Assembly (NCBI GenBank): GCA_900757145.1
Contig: CAAEMT010000003.1
Span: 1,718 to 65,717, forward strand
Direction of reading: 5' to 3'
Length of the DNA: 64,000 nucleotides
From: Lachnospiraceae bacterium
GTDB taxonomy: Bacteria; Bacillota; Clostridia; Lachnospirales; Lachnospiraceae
The translations under genes and the position numbers were made by a program. This document shows, in pieces, positions 30,220 to 40,329 of this stretch (within the stretch, counting starts at the first letter, position 1; every line of letters begins with the position of its first letter). The notes under the pieces are model-generated. The model worked only from the letters and a program-made list of their open reading frames with translations, did no database searches and was not told the DNA's origin.

Positions 30220-31083
30220 ATGAAAAGAAACGGAAAGATAATGGGAGTCATAATTGGTCTGTTTTTGGCGGCAGGGTTTTTATTGTCCGGTCTTGCAAAG
30301 ACGGAAGCAGGTACAAATCCGCCGTTAAAGGCAACGCTGTTTAAGGTCGGAAAAGCAGATGCCACGGTGATACAGACAGACGGGCATACTATGGTGATCG
30401 ATGCGGGAGAAGAAGAGGACGGAGAAGAGATTGTCGATTTTCTGAGGAATCAGGGGATTTCGCGCGTGGATGTTCTGGTTATCACACATTTTGACAGAGA
30501 CCATGTGGGCGGTGCAGATACGCTAGTAGAATCGATGGAGATCGGAGAGGTGCATCTTCCGGCTTATCAGGGCGGAAATACGGAGTATACTGATTTTATG
30601 CGAGCGCTCGAAAACAAAGGTATCAAGCCGAAACTGCTTACGCAGCCGGTTGAGCTTATGCTGGGGACAGCCAAGGTAGTGACTGAGCCGCCGCTGTCTT
30701 ATGAAAATGATGGAGGTGTGGCGGAAATCGATAATAATTTTTCCTTGATCACTACAATTATGCACGGTGAGAACGTGCTTTTATTTACGGGAGATGCGGA
30801 AAAGCAGCGGACACGCGAATGGCTGTCGGGAAAGGACAAACAGGACTGTGATTTTTTGAAGATGCCGCATCACGGAGTGTACCATACGGCTCTGAAGGAA
30901 TTGTTGGAAGCCGTGATGCCGGAGTACGCAGTGATATGTTCATCCGGGAAAAATCCGGCGGATCCAGAAACTCTGGAACTTTTGAAAAATTATGGGATCA
31001 GCACGTTCCAGACAAAAGATGGAAACGTAACCGTCATAAGCGATGGAAAAAATTTGGAAGTACATCAGGCTCTAGAGTATTGA
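30220..31083 (+). CDS. Exported MBL-fold metallohydrolase (ComEC/Rec2 C-terminal-like)
   Basis: N-terminal signal/anchor, VGKADA, THFDRDHVGG, NNFSL, TGDAE, MPHHG. Confidence 0.88.
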   Translation: MKRNGKIMGVIIGLFLAAGFLLSGLAKTEAGTNPPLKATLFKVGKADATVIQTDGHTMVIDAGEEEDGEEIVDFLRNQGISRVDVLVITHFDRDHVGGADTLVESMEIGEVHLPAYQGGNTEYTDFMRALENKGIKPKLLTQPVELMLGTAKVVTEPPLSYENDGGVAEIDNNFSLITTIMHGENVLLFTGDAEKQRTREWLSGKDKQDCDFLKMPHHGVYHTALKELLEAVMPEYAVICSSGKNPADPETLELLKNYGISTFQTKDGNVTVISDGKNLEVHQALEY

Positions 31084-31100
31084 CAGGAGGGGAGAGAAGT

Positions 31101-31856
31101 ATGGCACAGTCAGTTTTCAACCGTTATGAAAAAAAGTATTTGATACCGGAGGATGTTTATCTGGAATTGCGGGACCGTCTTGCGCCGTATATGCAGGAAG
31201 ACGCGTACGGGGTCCATACGATCTGCAATATTTATTATGATACGCCGGACTCTTATTTGATTCGGCGCTCTATTGAACATCCGGTATACAAGGAAAAGCT
31301 GCGGCTGCGCAGTTACGGGATACCGATGCTTGATTCGCAGGTATTTCTTGAGATAAAAAAGAAGTACCAAAAGGTCGTGAATAAGCGGAGGATACAGCTT
31401 TCGTTAAAAGAGGCGTACGCTTATATTGAGCATGGCGTACGGCCGGAGGCAGATTCACAGATTCTGCACGAGATTGATTTTTTTCTGAAGCGGTATCCAT
31501 TGCAGCGTGCGCTGTATCTGGCGTACGACCGCGTTGCCCTGTTCGGGCGGGAAGAAGCGGAATTTCGAATCACATTTGATCGGCGGATCAGGAGCAGGCG
31601 AAGCTTTATGGGGCTGGAAAATGGTGATTTTGGAGAAATACTTCTGCCGCCAGGCTATTATCTGATGGAGAGTAAGATCATGGGGGCGGCGCCGCTTTGG
31701 TTTACGGAGCTCTTGTCAGAGCTTTTTATCTATCCAGTGTCATTTTCAAAGTATGGGAACATCTACAAAAAAGAACACGATGAATTCGATATAGATCAGA
31801 TTATGATTCACAGAACAGAAAATTGGGAGAAGATCAGGAGGAAAAAGATATGTTGA
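31101..31856 (+). CDS. VTC (polyphosphate polymerase) domain protein, CYTH-like
   Basis: FNRYEKKY, NIYYDT, KEKLRLRSYG, FLEIKKK, VNKRR, RITFD, FSKYG. Confidence 0.9.
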   Translation: MAQSVFNRYEKKYLIPEDVYLELRDRLAPYMQEDAYGVHTICNIYYDTPDSYLIRRSIEHPVYKEKLRLRSYGIPMLDSQVFLEIKKKYQKVVNKRRIQLSLKEAYAYIEHGVRPEADSQILHEIDFFLKRYPLQRALYLAYDRVALFGREEAEFRITFDRRIRSRRSFMGLENGDFGEILLPPGYYLMESKIMGAAPLWFTELLSELFIYPVSFSKYGNIYKKEHDEFDIDQIMIHRTENWEKIRRKKIC

Positions 31857-32518
31857 ACAGTGTATTTCATGCAGGTACGTTTTTAGTTGAATCAGTTGCG
31901 TTAGCTATGGCGGCAGCAATCGTTTTCGGTATTATCATTGCTTTGCTTTACAAGGGAACAGGGACGCATATCGGCAGCTTTGCGGTAATACTGGCAGCCA
32001 TGCCTTTGCTTGTAGCGTCTGTCATTATGATCGTCAATGGAAATCTGGGTGCATCGGTAGCTGTGCTCGGGGCGTTTGGTCTTGTCCGTTTCAGGAGTGC
32101 GCCGGGAACGGCGAAAGAAATAGGCTTCCTCTTTTTTGCAATGGCTGTTGGTCTAGCGGCAGGAATGGGGTTTCTGTCGCTGGCAGCTATGATAACGGTC
32201 ATTGCAGGTGTGATGATCCTTATTTTGGAAAAGTTTCATTTTGGAAATACTATTTCGGGAGAGAGGCAGCTTCGTATCACGATTCCGGAGGATATGAACT
32301 ATACAGGGATTTTTGATGACCTGTTTCAGGCCTATACGAAATATGCTCACCTAGAGAGAGTCAAGACAACGAATATGGGAACGATGTACGAGCTTTCTTA
32401 CCGGATAGAACTTCGCAGCGCAGCAAAAGAAAAAGAATTTATTGACAATATACGATGCAGAAACGGCAACCTATCTATTATTCTGGGACTTGTCCAGCAC
32501 GAAAAGAATGAATTATAA
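31850..32518 (+). CDS. DUF4956 family membrane protein
   Basis: VNGNLGASVAVLGAFGLVRFRSAPGTAKEI, IRCRNGNL; overlaps the VTC gene stop. Confidence 0.9.
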   Translation: MLNSVFHAGTFLVESVALAMAAAIVFGIIIALLYKGTGTHIGSFAVILAAMPLLVASVIMIVNGNLGASVAVLGAFGLVRFRSAPGTAKEIGFLFFAMAVGLAAGMGFLSLAAMITVIAGVMILILEKFHFGNTISGERQLRITIPEDMNYTGIFDDLFQAYTKYAHLERVKTTNMGTMYELSYRIELRSAAKEKEFIDNIRCRNGNLSIILGLVQHEKNEL

Positions 32519-32578
32519 TAAAAAAAGCAGCTGCCAAAGGCTGCATGGTTATAGAATACATAAATTGAGGGAGCGCAT

Positions 32579-33157
32579 ATGATGCTGGTATTTGCTGCTG
32601 TGGTTGTAGATACGCCGCAGGAAAAAGAAACGATAGCAATTGATGAAACTCTTTTTTACAAAATAAGTATAGGAAATCGGGAGGCGTTTTATGAGCTGTA
32701 TGACAAAACTTCGAATGCGGTCTATTCCTATGCGCTTTCTCTGCTGCGCAATTGCGATGATGCAGAAGACGCTATGCAGGAAACGTACTTGAAGGTTCGC
32801 TCGGCAGCCCATTTGTATATGCCGATGGGGAAACCGCTTGCCTGGATATTTACGATTGCGAGGAATATCTGCCTGATGAAATACAGGCAGCAGAAGCATC
32901 GCGCAGTGATTCCGTTTGAAGAAATTCAGGAAGTACCGGATTGCAGCCAAATAAAAAGCCGGGAGGATCGGATCGTACTGGAAACGGCATTTCAGACGCT
33001 TTCCCATGAGGAGTGCCAGATTATTATCCTGCATGCGGTATCAGGGCTTAAGCACAGGGAGATTGGCGAGATGCTGGGTCTGTCACTGTCTACCGTCTTA
33101 TCGAAGTATAATAGAGGAATAAAAAAATTGCGTCATCAATTGGAGGAGAGACTATGA
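32579..33157 (+). CDS. ECF sigma-70 factor
   Basis: DAEDAMQETYLK, WIFTIARN, region 4 HREIGEMLGLSLSTV. Confidence 0.92.
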   Translation: MMLVFAAVVVDTPQEKETIAIDETLFYKISIGNREAFYELYDKTSNAVYSYALSLLRNCDDAEDAMQETYLKVRSAAHLYMPMGKPLAWIFTIARNICLMKYRQQKHRAVIPFEEIQEVPDCSQIKSREDRIVLETAFQTLSHEECQIIILHAVSGLKHREIGEMLGLSLSTVLSKYNRGIKKLRHQLEERL

Positions 33158-34323
33158 AAAAAGTAACAGACTCCTATATAACAGAGCATATAAGAAGTGC
33201 AGCCGAACAACTGACTCCTGATAAAGCGGAGCAGATATGGGAGGAGCCGATAGAAAAAGCGGTTGGAGACGAGTGGTATCTGGATGGTCTGCGCCGGCCG
33301 CGCAGAGGACGGAGTTATTTGTTTAAGGTATTGTCTTCTGTGGCTGCCTGCTTTGCCGTCTGCCTGTTGTCCCTGTATATGTTTGGTATCCGACCGGTCG
33401 CAACCATCTACCTCGATGTCAATCCAAGTATAGAAATGCAGATAAATAGCAGGGAAAAAGTCGTTTTGGCAAAAGCTAACAATCAGGACGGCGAAGTGAT
33501 ACTGGATGGTATGGAGCTAAAACGCACCGATCTTGATGTAGCGATGAATGCTGTTTTAGGCTCGATGGTTCGGCATGGATATCTGAGTGAGGCGAAAAAT
33601 ATGATCCTTCTGTCAGTTGACAGCTCTAATGTAAAACGTGCAGAGGATCTTCGGGCGCGGCTTTCAAAAGAAATCCAAACCTGTCTGAACTCGATGACAG
33701 GCGCAGGTCTGGTATTCGATCAAAGCGTGGAAATGGACGATGATCTAGAAGAGCTGGTATCTGCGTACAATATCACGCCGGGTAAGGCAGCCTTTTTGAA
33801 AAAGCTGACGCTTGCATATCCGAAGTTAGATTTTGGCAAGCTTGCGGGGCTGTCTATGAAAGAGTTGGTGGATTATCTGACGGCTCAGGATGTAAAACTT
33901 GAAGATTATGTAAGTTATACAGGGAAGCTTCCGGAAAAAGACACAAAAGAGGAAGACGACGAAGAAGAGGAGACTTCAGAAGAGGCGCAGGATAAAGCAG
34001 AAGAAGAGGAAGAAAAATTAGAAGATGCGCTAGAAAACGCGGAGGAAGAGAAAGAAGAAAAAGGTCAGGAGGACACAATAGGAGCGGATAAGGAACCTGC
34101 CGATATAGGGAAGGTTGATGAGGATGACACGGCAAAGACTTCCGGTGGAAACAAAGAAGAACAAAAGGCAGAAACAGAGCGAGAAACAAAGAATGAACCA
34201 AAAGAAGAAGCTGATCAAGACGATGCAGGAGAAAACTGCGGAGACGATGATGACGGCGCGTCTTTTTCCTCTGGACAAGACGATGGTGAGAATGACGGAG
34301 GCGATGAAGAAGAGGATGATTAG
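33154..34323 (+). CDS. RsgI-like anti-sigma factor with acidic disordered tail
   Basis: Single TM, YLDVNPSIE, ITPGKA, then about 130 aa rich in D/E; ATGA-coupled to the sigma gene. Confidence 0.8.
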   Translation: MKKVTDSYITEHIRSAAEQLTPDKAEQIWEEPIEKAVGDEWYLDGLRRPRRGRSYLFKVLSSVAACFAVCLLSLYMFGIRPVATIYLDVNPSIEMQINSREKVVLAKANNQDGEVILDGMELKRTDLDVAMNAVLGSMVRHGYLSEAKNMILLSVDSSNVKRAEDLRARLSKEIQTCLNSMTGAGLVFDQSVEMDDDLEELVSAYNITPGKAAFLKKLTLAYPKLDFGKLAGLSMKELVDYLTAQDVKLEDYVSYTGKLPEKDTKEEDDEEEETSEEAQDKAEEEEEKLEDALENAEEEKEEKGQEDTIGADKEPADIGKVDEDDTAKTSGGNKEEQKAETERETKNEPKEEADQDDAGENCGDDDDGASFSSGQDDGENDGGDEEEDD

Positions 34324-34598
34324 GAGAAAACTTGCAAACGGATTGTTTTGTATATAGCAAGAAGTGTATATGAAGGAATCGCATTCTGCTGCAGATAAAA
34401 ACTTCTGGCTACGATGAAGCAGAAACTTAGCACTGTATTAGTAGAGCTTGGAGATGCCTGAAATAAAGAAAAATTTTTGCATTTTCCTTTTTTGCGTGCA
34501 AAAGAAAGCACTGTCCATTTTCTTTGTTTTTTGGTAAAATAAAAACACGGTGTTTTCATGCACACATAGAAAGAACAATTTTTTGAAGGAGAAGGAAA

Positions 34599-35414
34599 AT
34601 GATACATGAAACAATAAAAATTCAGACAGAAAATTCTTTGGAATATGCGAGATTGGTCACTTATATATGGGATGAATCACCGGAAATTCCGGTAAAGAAA
34701 AGGCCAATGGTATTGATCTGTCCCGGCGGCGGATACTGCATGACTTCTGATCGTGAGGCAGAGAGTGTGGCACTGCGGCTGATGTGTGCAGGCGTACATG
34801 CTGCTGTGCTGCGCTATTCTGTCCGGCCGGCAGAGTATCCGACAGCACTTCTTGAAGTAGCGCAGGCGATGGCGCTGATCCGCCAGCATGCGAAGGAGTG
34901 GAATATTATGCAGGATAAGATCGTTGTGATGGGATTTTCCGCAGGAGGACATCTGGCAGCAAGCTATGCGGAGAGCTGGAATCGGGGTGACGTGGCCGAA
35001 AAGGCAGGGGTATCTTCAGAAATATTGAGACCGAACGGGTTGCTTCTGTGTTATCCGGTCATCACCTCTGATAAGAGATACTGGCATCAGGGTAGCTTTG
35101 AAAATCTCCTTGGAAGTCAGTGGAGTGAAGAACGACTGGAGGAGTTTTCTTTGGAAAAGCATGTGGGAGAACAGGTGCCGCGTACATTTATCTGGCATAC
35201 ATATGAAGATACAACAGTTCCGGTGGAAAATTCCCTTCTATTTGCTATGGCGCTTCGCAGAGAAGGGATTCCAACGGAGTTTCACATGTATGAAAAGGGG
35301 GGGCACGGTCTGTCGCTTGCGAAACCTCATACAGATAATATGGACGGGACGTGCGTGCAGACGGAATGTCAGTCGTGGATCGATCTGGCTGAGGTCTGGC
35401 TTAAAAATTTATGA
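34599..35414 (+). CDS. Alpha/beta hydrolase (carbohydrate acetylesterase-like)
   Basis: CPGGGY, GFSAGGHLA, D..VP, HGLS. Confidence 0.88.
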   Translation: MIHETIKIQTENSLEYARLVTYIWDESPEIPVKKRPMVLICPGGGYCMTSDREAESVALRLMCAGVHAAVLRYSVRPAEYPTALLEVAQAMALIRQHAKEWNIMQDKIVVMGFSAGGHLAASYAESWNRGDVAEKAGVSSEILRPNGLLLCYPVITSDKRYWHQGSFENLLGSQWSEERLEEFSLEKHVGEQVPRTFIWHTYEDTTVPVENSLLFAMALRREGIPTEFHMYEKGGHGLSLAKPHTDNMDGTCVQTECQSWIDLAEVWLKNL

Positions 35415-37180
35415 TGGAAAAAGGAAGAAAGAAAAGGCAGTATGTGCTCAGCTCCAAAATCATCATATTGCTGGCGGTGACGATTTTTGTGATTCTTGGT
35501 CTTTATTCCATGGTGTTCAGTAGGTATTACAGTGAATATGAAAACAGAGTGATTGGAGAAGAAAATGTACGTACACTGTACTCTATTGAAAATTCGTTGT
35601 CCACGATTATTAAAAATGCAGATGATTATTCAAAGATGGTACTTGCAGATAATACGATCCAGCAGCAGATGCGGCAGGGAGATCTGTTCTGGAGTCCTAC
35701 GAAACAGGCAGAAGTCACAAATAAGATCTATACCATATTTCAGTTTTCAGATTATATAGATGCGATTTGGATCATAGATAAGAAGGGGCAGAAGTTAACA
35801 GTAGGCAGAAGTGCCAGCCTTTCGGTAGAGGATGAAAGCAGCCGCTATGTAGAGCTGCGTAAGCCATATGGAGAATATGCAGTCGTAGTAAGGGAGGAAG
35901 AGGGCAGAAGACAGCTATCCCTTGTTCGGTCGTATAATGATCTGGATAGTTTTTCAAGTATTGGTATTGTCGGAGTGGATATTAGCTATAGTGTGTTTGA
36001 CCAGCTTGTTTCAAATATTATTGATGGGAAAGACGAGCAGCTTGTTATTCTGAATGAAAAAGATGAAATCATTTATTCCAGAGGAAATCTCCTAGGAAAA
36101 GATGAGATGAGAAGCGCTGCAGAAGAAATCCAGGCATCGGACGGAGATGTGAGGGGCATCGTATCGATTCAGAAACAGCAGTATCTGATGGGGGGAATAA
36201 AGAACAGTGAAACGGGATGGAAAATGATGCGTTACATGCCGATCAAACATGGGATTGATAAAGATGGAACGACATATTTTGTGATTGTATCACTTGTGTC
36301 GATTGGTGTTGCCATTTTGATCTGTGCAGCGCTTATATCAAGGATGCTGACCGGACCGATTCAGCAGCTTCTGCACTGTATGAAGGGCAATGAAGATAAT
36401 TCTCCTGATATGATATACATTAAGCCGCTTTTGTCAGAGTTTCGTATACTGTTTTCTGAGTACAACCAGATGGTCGAACAGATACGTTTGCTGATTAAAA
36501 GCACGATTGATAAGCAAAGACGGATTCGGCAGGTAGAACTGAATGAGATTCAGGAACAGATGAAACCGCATTTCCTGTACAATACGCTCGATTCGATTCA
36601 GGCTCTTGCTATGATGGGAGATTCTCGCAGCGTGTGTGTGTTGGTGGAAAAACTTGGTGATTTTTATCGGAAATCAGTAAGCGGTGGTAAGGAGATGCTT
36701 ACTGTTGCGGAAGAATTTAAAATTGCACAGGATTATGCAGATATTATGGAAGTACGTTTTGAGAATGCTTTTCGGTATCGTTCGGATGTAGAGGAATCCT
36801 GTAGGGATTTTGTGCTTCCCAAGCTTACGATCCAGCCGCTTGTTGAGAATGCGTTTCTGCATGGAGTAAGAGAAAATGACCGTTTTGGAGAAATTCTTAC
36901 AAAAGCAGAAATAAATGATGGTATACTGCATATTTTGGTAGCAGACAATGGGCGTGGCATTCCGGAAGATGTATTGAATGAACTGGCATCTGAGAAGGAA
37001 CCGGAGCGTGGTAAGAGCCTTGGACTTCGCGGAACGATCGAGCGTCTTCGGCTGCTGTATGGAGAAGAGTTTTCTTATCAGATTAAAAAGGAAGAAATGT
37101 CAGAGATACATTTATTTATCGGTGTAGAAGGACTTAGAGAGAAAGAAAATGAGCAGATTAAAGGTAATAATTGTAGATGA
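35411..37180 (+). CDS. YesM/LytS-type sensor histidine kinase
   Basis: Two TMs, QMKPHFLYNTL, IQPLVENA, DNGRG. Confidence 0.92.
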   Translation: MMEKGRKKRQYVLSSKIIILLAVTIFVILGLYSMVFSRYYSEYENRVIGEENVRTLYSIENSLSTIIKNADDYSKMVLADNTIQQQMRQGDLFWSPTKQAEVTNKIYTIFQFSDYIDAIWIIDKKGQKLTVGRSASLSVEDESSRYVELRKPYGEYAVVVREEEGRRQLSLVRSYNDLDSFSSIGIVGVDISYSVFDQLVSNIIDGKDEQLVILNEKDEIIYSRGNLLGKDEMRSAAEEIQASDGDVRGIVSIQKQQYLMGGIKNSETGWKMMRYMPIKHGIDKDGTTYFVIVSLVSIGVAILICAALISRMLTGPIQQLLHCMKGNEDNSPDMIYIKPLLSEFRILFSEYNQMVEQIRLLIKSTIDKQRRIRQVELNEIQEQMKPHFLYNTLDSIQALAMMGDSRSVCVLVEKLGDFYRKSVSGGKEMLTVAEEFKIAQDYADIMEVRFENAFRYRSDVEESCRDFVLPKLTIQPLVENAFLHGVRENDRFGEILTKAEINDGILHILVADNGRGIPEDVLNELASEKEPERGKSLGLRGTIERLRLLYGEEFSYQIKKEEMSEIHLFIGVEGLREKENEQIKGNNCR

Positions 37181-38678
37181 TGAAACACTGATCCGCAAAT
37201 TGATTCGTATGAAGCTGGATGCAGAGAGGCTGGATCTTGAGATTGTGGGCGAATTTGCAGATGCAAAGAGCGCACTGTCGCAGCTTTCTGTGCTTGAGCC
37301 GGATATTATTCTCAGTGATATCTGTATGCCGGAGGTGGATGGTATCAGTTTCAGTGAGCAATGTAGGGTGCAGCTCCCCGATGTAAAGATTATTATTATC
37401 ACGGGATACAATGATTTCGAATATGCAAGACGCAGTTTAAAAGCCGGAGTCTGCGATTATCTGATGAAGCCGGTACAGACGGAGGAACTGAATGCATCCA
37501 TAGAAAATGCGGGAAGGGAGATACGTAAAGAACGGGAAGAGCGCAGAGAAAGAAGAGAAATCCTAGAAGAGAGAAATGCAAACCGGGAATTGCTGTTGGC
37601 GGCTTATCTGAAGCAGCTTTTAATTGGCACAGCTTTGGATGAAAATACCGAGAAAACACTGCAAAATTATGGGGTAGATACAGAAGAGTATAAGCGGTTT
37701 GGCATGCGTGCAGGTATACTTGCTGTGTATGAAAGTCTGGAAAAGCCGGAGATCTTAGGACGGTTCCATCAGGAAGTGGCAGCGTTTTTTCAGGAGGAAA
37801 AGAGTCTGCATACTGTAATTGATTTGTGGGGGAGAATTGTCATCCTTGTCAGAGGAAATCTCGATTCTTTTGCAGAATGTCTCCGTCTGTTTGCAGGATA
37901 TATGGGCGAGAGGTATGATTACCATATAGAAATAGGAGTGTCGGATGTATATGACGGCTGGACACAGATTTCGGAAGCGTATACACAGGCTATTGCTGAT
38001 ATGCAGCGTGAGCACAAGCAAACAAAACGGGCGGTTAGAAGTGCGGCACAGTCATGGGATGTATCGGAATGGGAGCAGCTTGCGGAATATATGAAGAAAG
38101 GAAAAGTGCGCCAGGCGTATGCAGAACTTGAAAAACTTTTTATGCATTACGGACAGAATGAGACTCCTTCCAGAGAAAAAGTCACCGCGATGTATGCATA
38201 TCTGTGTGAAAAAGGCGGGATAGAGTCTGACAGAACTTATATTGAGCGTAAGCTTGATCTGTGCAGATGCAACTGTGACATCAAATGGTGTATGCAGGAT
38301 GTAATTATGAATTATATGATCGATCGTGCAGCAGCAGAAAAAAAGGAAAAAGGCTGTTTGATGCGGGAGATTATTGTATATTTAAAAGCGAATTTGTCAA
38401 ATCCGGATCTCGGAATAAGTCTTTTGACCGAGAGATTTTCGGTAAGTGCCAGTTTTTTGAACCGTTTGTTCAAATCGTATACAGGAAAAACGTATAGTGA
38501 GATCCTTTCTGCTCTGCGTTACTGGAAAATGCTGGAACTATTGACGGATGAACCGGATATGTTGGATAGGGATATCGGGGAACAGATTGGAATTGTAGAT
38601 GCACATTATTTAAGCATATGGTTTAGGAAGCTGACGAGTTATTCGGTGACAGAATATAGAAAGCTGGAACGAATATAA
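37149..38678 (+). CDS. YesN-type response regulator (receiver + AraC HTH)
   Basis: IVDDE, SDICMP, DYLMKP, C-terminal AraC-like region. Confidence 0.9.
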   Translation: MSRLKVIIVDDETLIRKLIRMKLDAERLDLEIVGEFADAKSALSQLSVLEPDIILSDICMPEVDGISFSEQCRVQLPDVKIIIITGYNDFEYARRSLKAGVCDYLMKPVQTEELNASIENAGREIRKEREERRERREILEERNANRELLLAAYLKQLLIGTALDENTEKTLQNYGVDTEEYKRFGMRAGILAVYESLEKPEILGRFHQEVAAFFQEEKSLHTVIDLWGRIVILVRGNLDSFAECLRLFAGYMGERYDYHIEIGVSDVYDGWTQISEAYTQAIADMQREHKQTKRAVRSAAQSWDVSEWEQLAEYMKKGKVRQAYAELEKLFMHYGQNETPSREKVTAMYAYLCEKGGIESDRTYIERKLDLCRCNCDIKWCMQDVIMNYMIDRAAAEKKEKGCLMREIIVYLKANLSNPDLGISLLTERFSVSASFLNRLFKSYTGKTYSEILSALRYWKMLELLTDEPDMLDRDIGEQIGIVDAHYLSIWFRKLTSYSVTEYRKLERI

Positions 38679-38908
38679 AATACGGGTGCTGCTGCATAAT
38701 ACGGAGCCTTCAAAAGGATGGCGAAGGTATTGTGTAGCAGTTTTTGTTTTTGTGAATGAATAATGAAACTGTATGGGTGAAATAGTGAAACTGGATGAAA
38801 ACGTGATATATAAATGAAAGAAATAAGCATGCCGTTGAATTTATCTTTTTCATTTTTTCCCATATAATACAGATATCAGAAAACACATTTGTAATGGAGG
38901 TTCGGAGA

Positions 38909-40201
38909 ATGAAGAGAAGAATGAAGCAGTTGGGAAGCCTGTTATTATGTGCAGCTATGGCGTCGCAGATGATGCTCTGTGCACAGGCAGAAGAGGAGAA
39001 AGAGGACGTAACGCTTACGATCTGGCATCAGTCAGTAGTAGATACGGATCCGGTAAAGATTATCATTGAAGAGTCCGTAGAAGAGTATCACAAGCTGCAT
39101 CCGAACGTTACGATCGAGCAGGACGGCGTGACGGGTGAGCAGTATAAGACAAAGATTAAAACAGCATTCGCAGCAGGCGAGGCTCCTGATATTGCATACA
39201 TGTTCAGCGGCGGAAGTTTTGTTAAACCGTATATCGATGCAGGTTATCTGCTGCCGATCGATGAGTATCTGAGCGAAGAGACGAAAACGAAGATTCTTCC
39301 GGGAATGATCGATCAGGGCACATTTGACGGAAAGGTATATGCTCTTCCGACAATTACATTCCTCGCAAATCTGTACTGTAATACACAGATGTTTGAAGAT
39401 GCAGGTGCAAAGATTCCGACTACATGGGATGAGTTGCTTGATGCGTGTGAGAAGTTAAATGCAGCAGGATATACGCCGATCCTGATGGGAGAAAAAGACA
39501 GATGGCCGGGGATGTACTGGTACGATATTCTTGCGGCAAGAACAGCAGGAAATGCTGCAATTGAGGAAGCATTTGCTGATCCGTCCAAGTTCAATACAGA
39601 GCCGTTTATCGAGGCAGCAAGAAAGCTTCAGGAGCTCGTTGAGGCAGGCGCATTCAATGATAATATGATGAGCATGAGCTACGATGAGATGGTAGAAGGC
39701 TTTGCAGCAGGACAGGGCGCTATGATCTTCCAGGCAAACTGGGTACATCCGTCCTTCATGGCAGACTCTGCAGCCACAAAAGATAATGTAACGTGTGTAC
39801 CGTTTCCAGTAATCGATGGAGGAGCAGGAAGCATTACAGAGTTCTCCGGCGGAACAACAGATGGCTACTACATTAATGCAAATTGTGAGCATCCGGAAGA
39901 GGCAGTTGCTTATCTTGAGTACCTCAGTGAAAAAATCGGTGTGCAGGGTTATCAGATGGGCGCAGGACTGCCGTGCTGGGATACATCAGAAGCAGATACA
40001 TCTGAACTGTCTGTACTTGATAATGAGTCAGCAGCTCTGATGGAGACAGGAACATCTTATATCGGATGGTGGGACAATATCCTTTCAGCAGAAGATTCCG
40101 AGACATATAAGGATCTTCTTGCACAGCTGATGGCTATGAAGATTACGCCGGAGGAGTTCGCTGAATCTATGTCCAAGCTGTCTCCTTCACAGGTATACTA
40201 A
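38909..40201 (+). CDS. Oligosaccharide ABC transporter substrate-binding protein
   Basis: Signal peptide, YKTKIKTAFAAGEAPD, PTTWDEL. Confidence 0.9.
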   Translation: MKRRMKQLGSLLLCAAMASQMMLCAQAEEEKEDVTLTIWHQSVVDTDPVKIIIEESVEEYHKLHPNVTIEQDGVTGEQYKTKIKTAFAAGEAPDIAYMFSGGSFVKPYIDAGYLLPIDEYLSEETKTKILPGMIDQGTFDGKVYALPTITFLANLYCNTQMFEDAGAKIPTTWDELLDACEKLNAAGYTPILMGEKDRWPGMYWYDILAARTAGNAAIEEAFADPSKFNTEPFIEAARKLQELVEAGAFNDNMMSMSYDEMVEGFAAGQGAMIFQANWVHPSFMADSAATKDNVTCVPFPVIDGGAGSITEFSGGTTDGYYINANCEHPEEAVAYLEYLSEKIGVQGYQMGAGLPCWDTSEADTSELSVLDNESAALMETGTSYIGWWDNILSAEDSETYKDLLAQLMAMKITPEEFAESMSKLSPSQVY

Positions 40202-40329
40202 TCTGACGAAGATGTAACAAGACGGGATATTTGCTCAATAGATCGCGTCAGATACAGTTGATTATGGGGGCTGTTGCAAAATACTGATTCGGGTATATTT
40301 TGCAGCAGCTCTTTTTCGATGGAGGGAAT

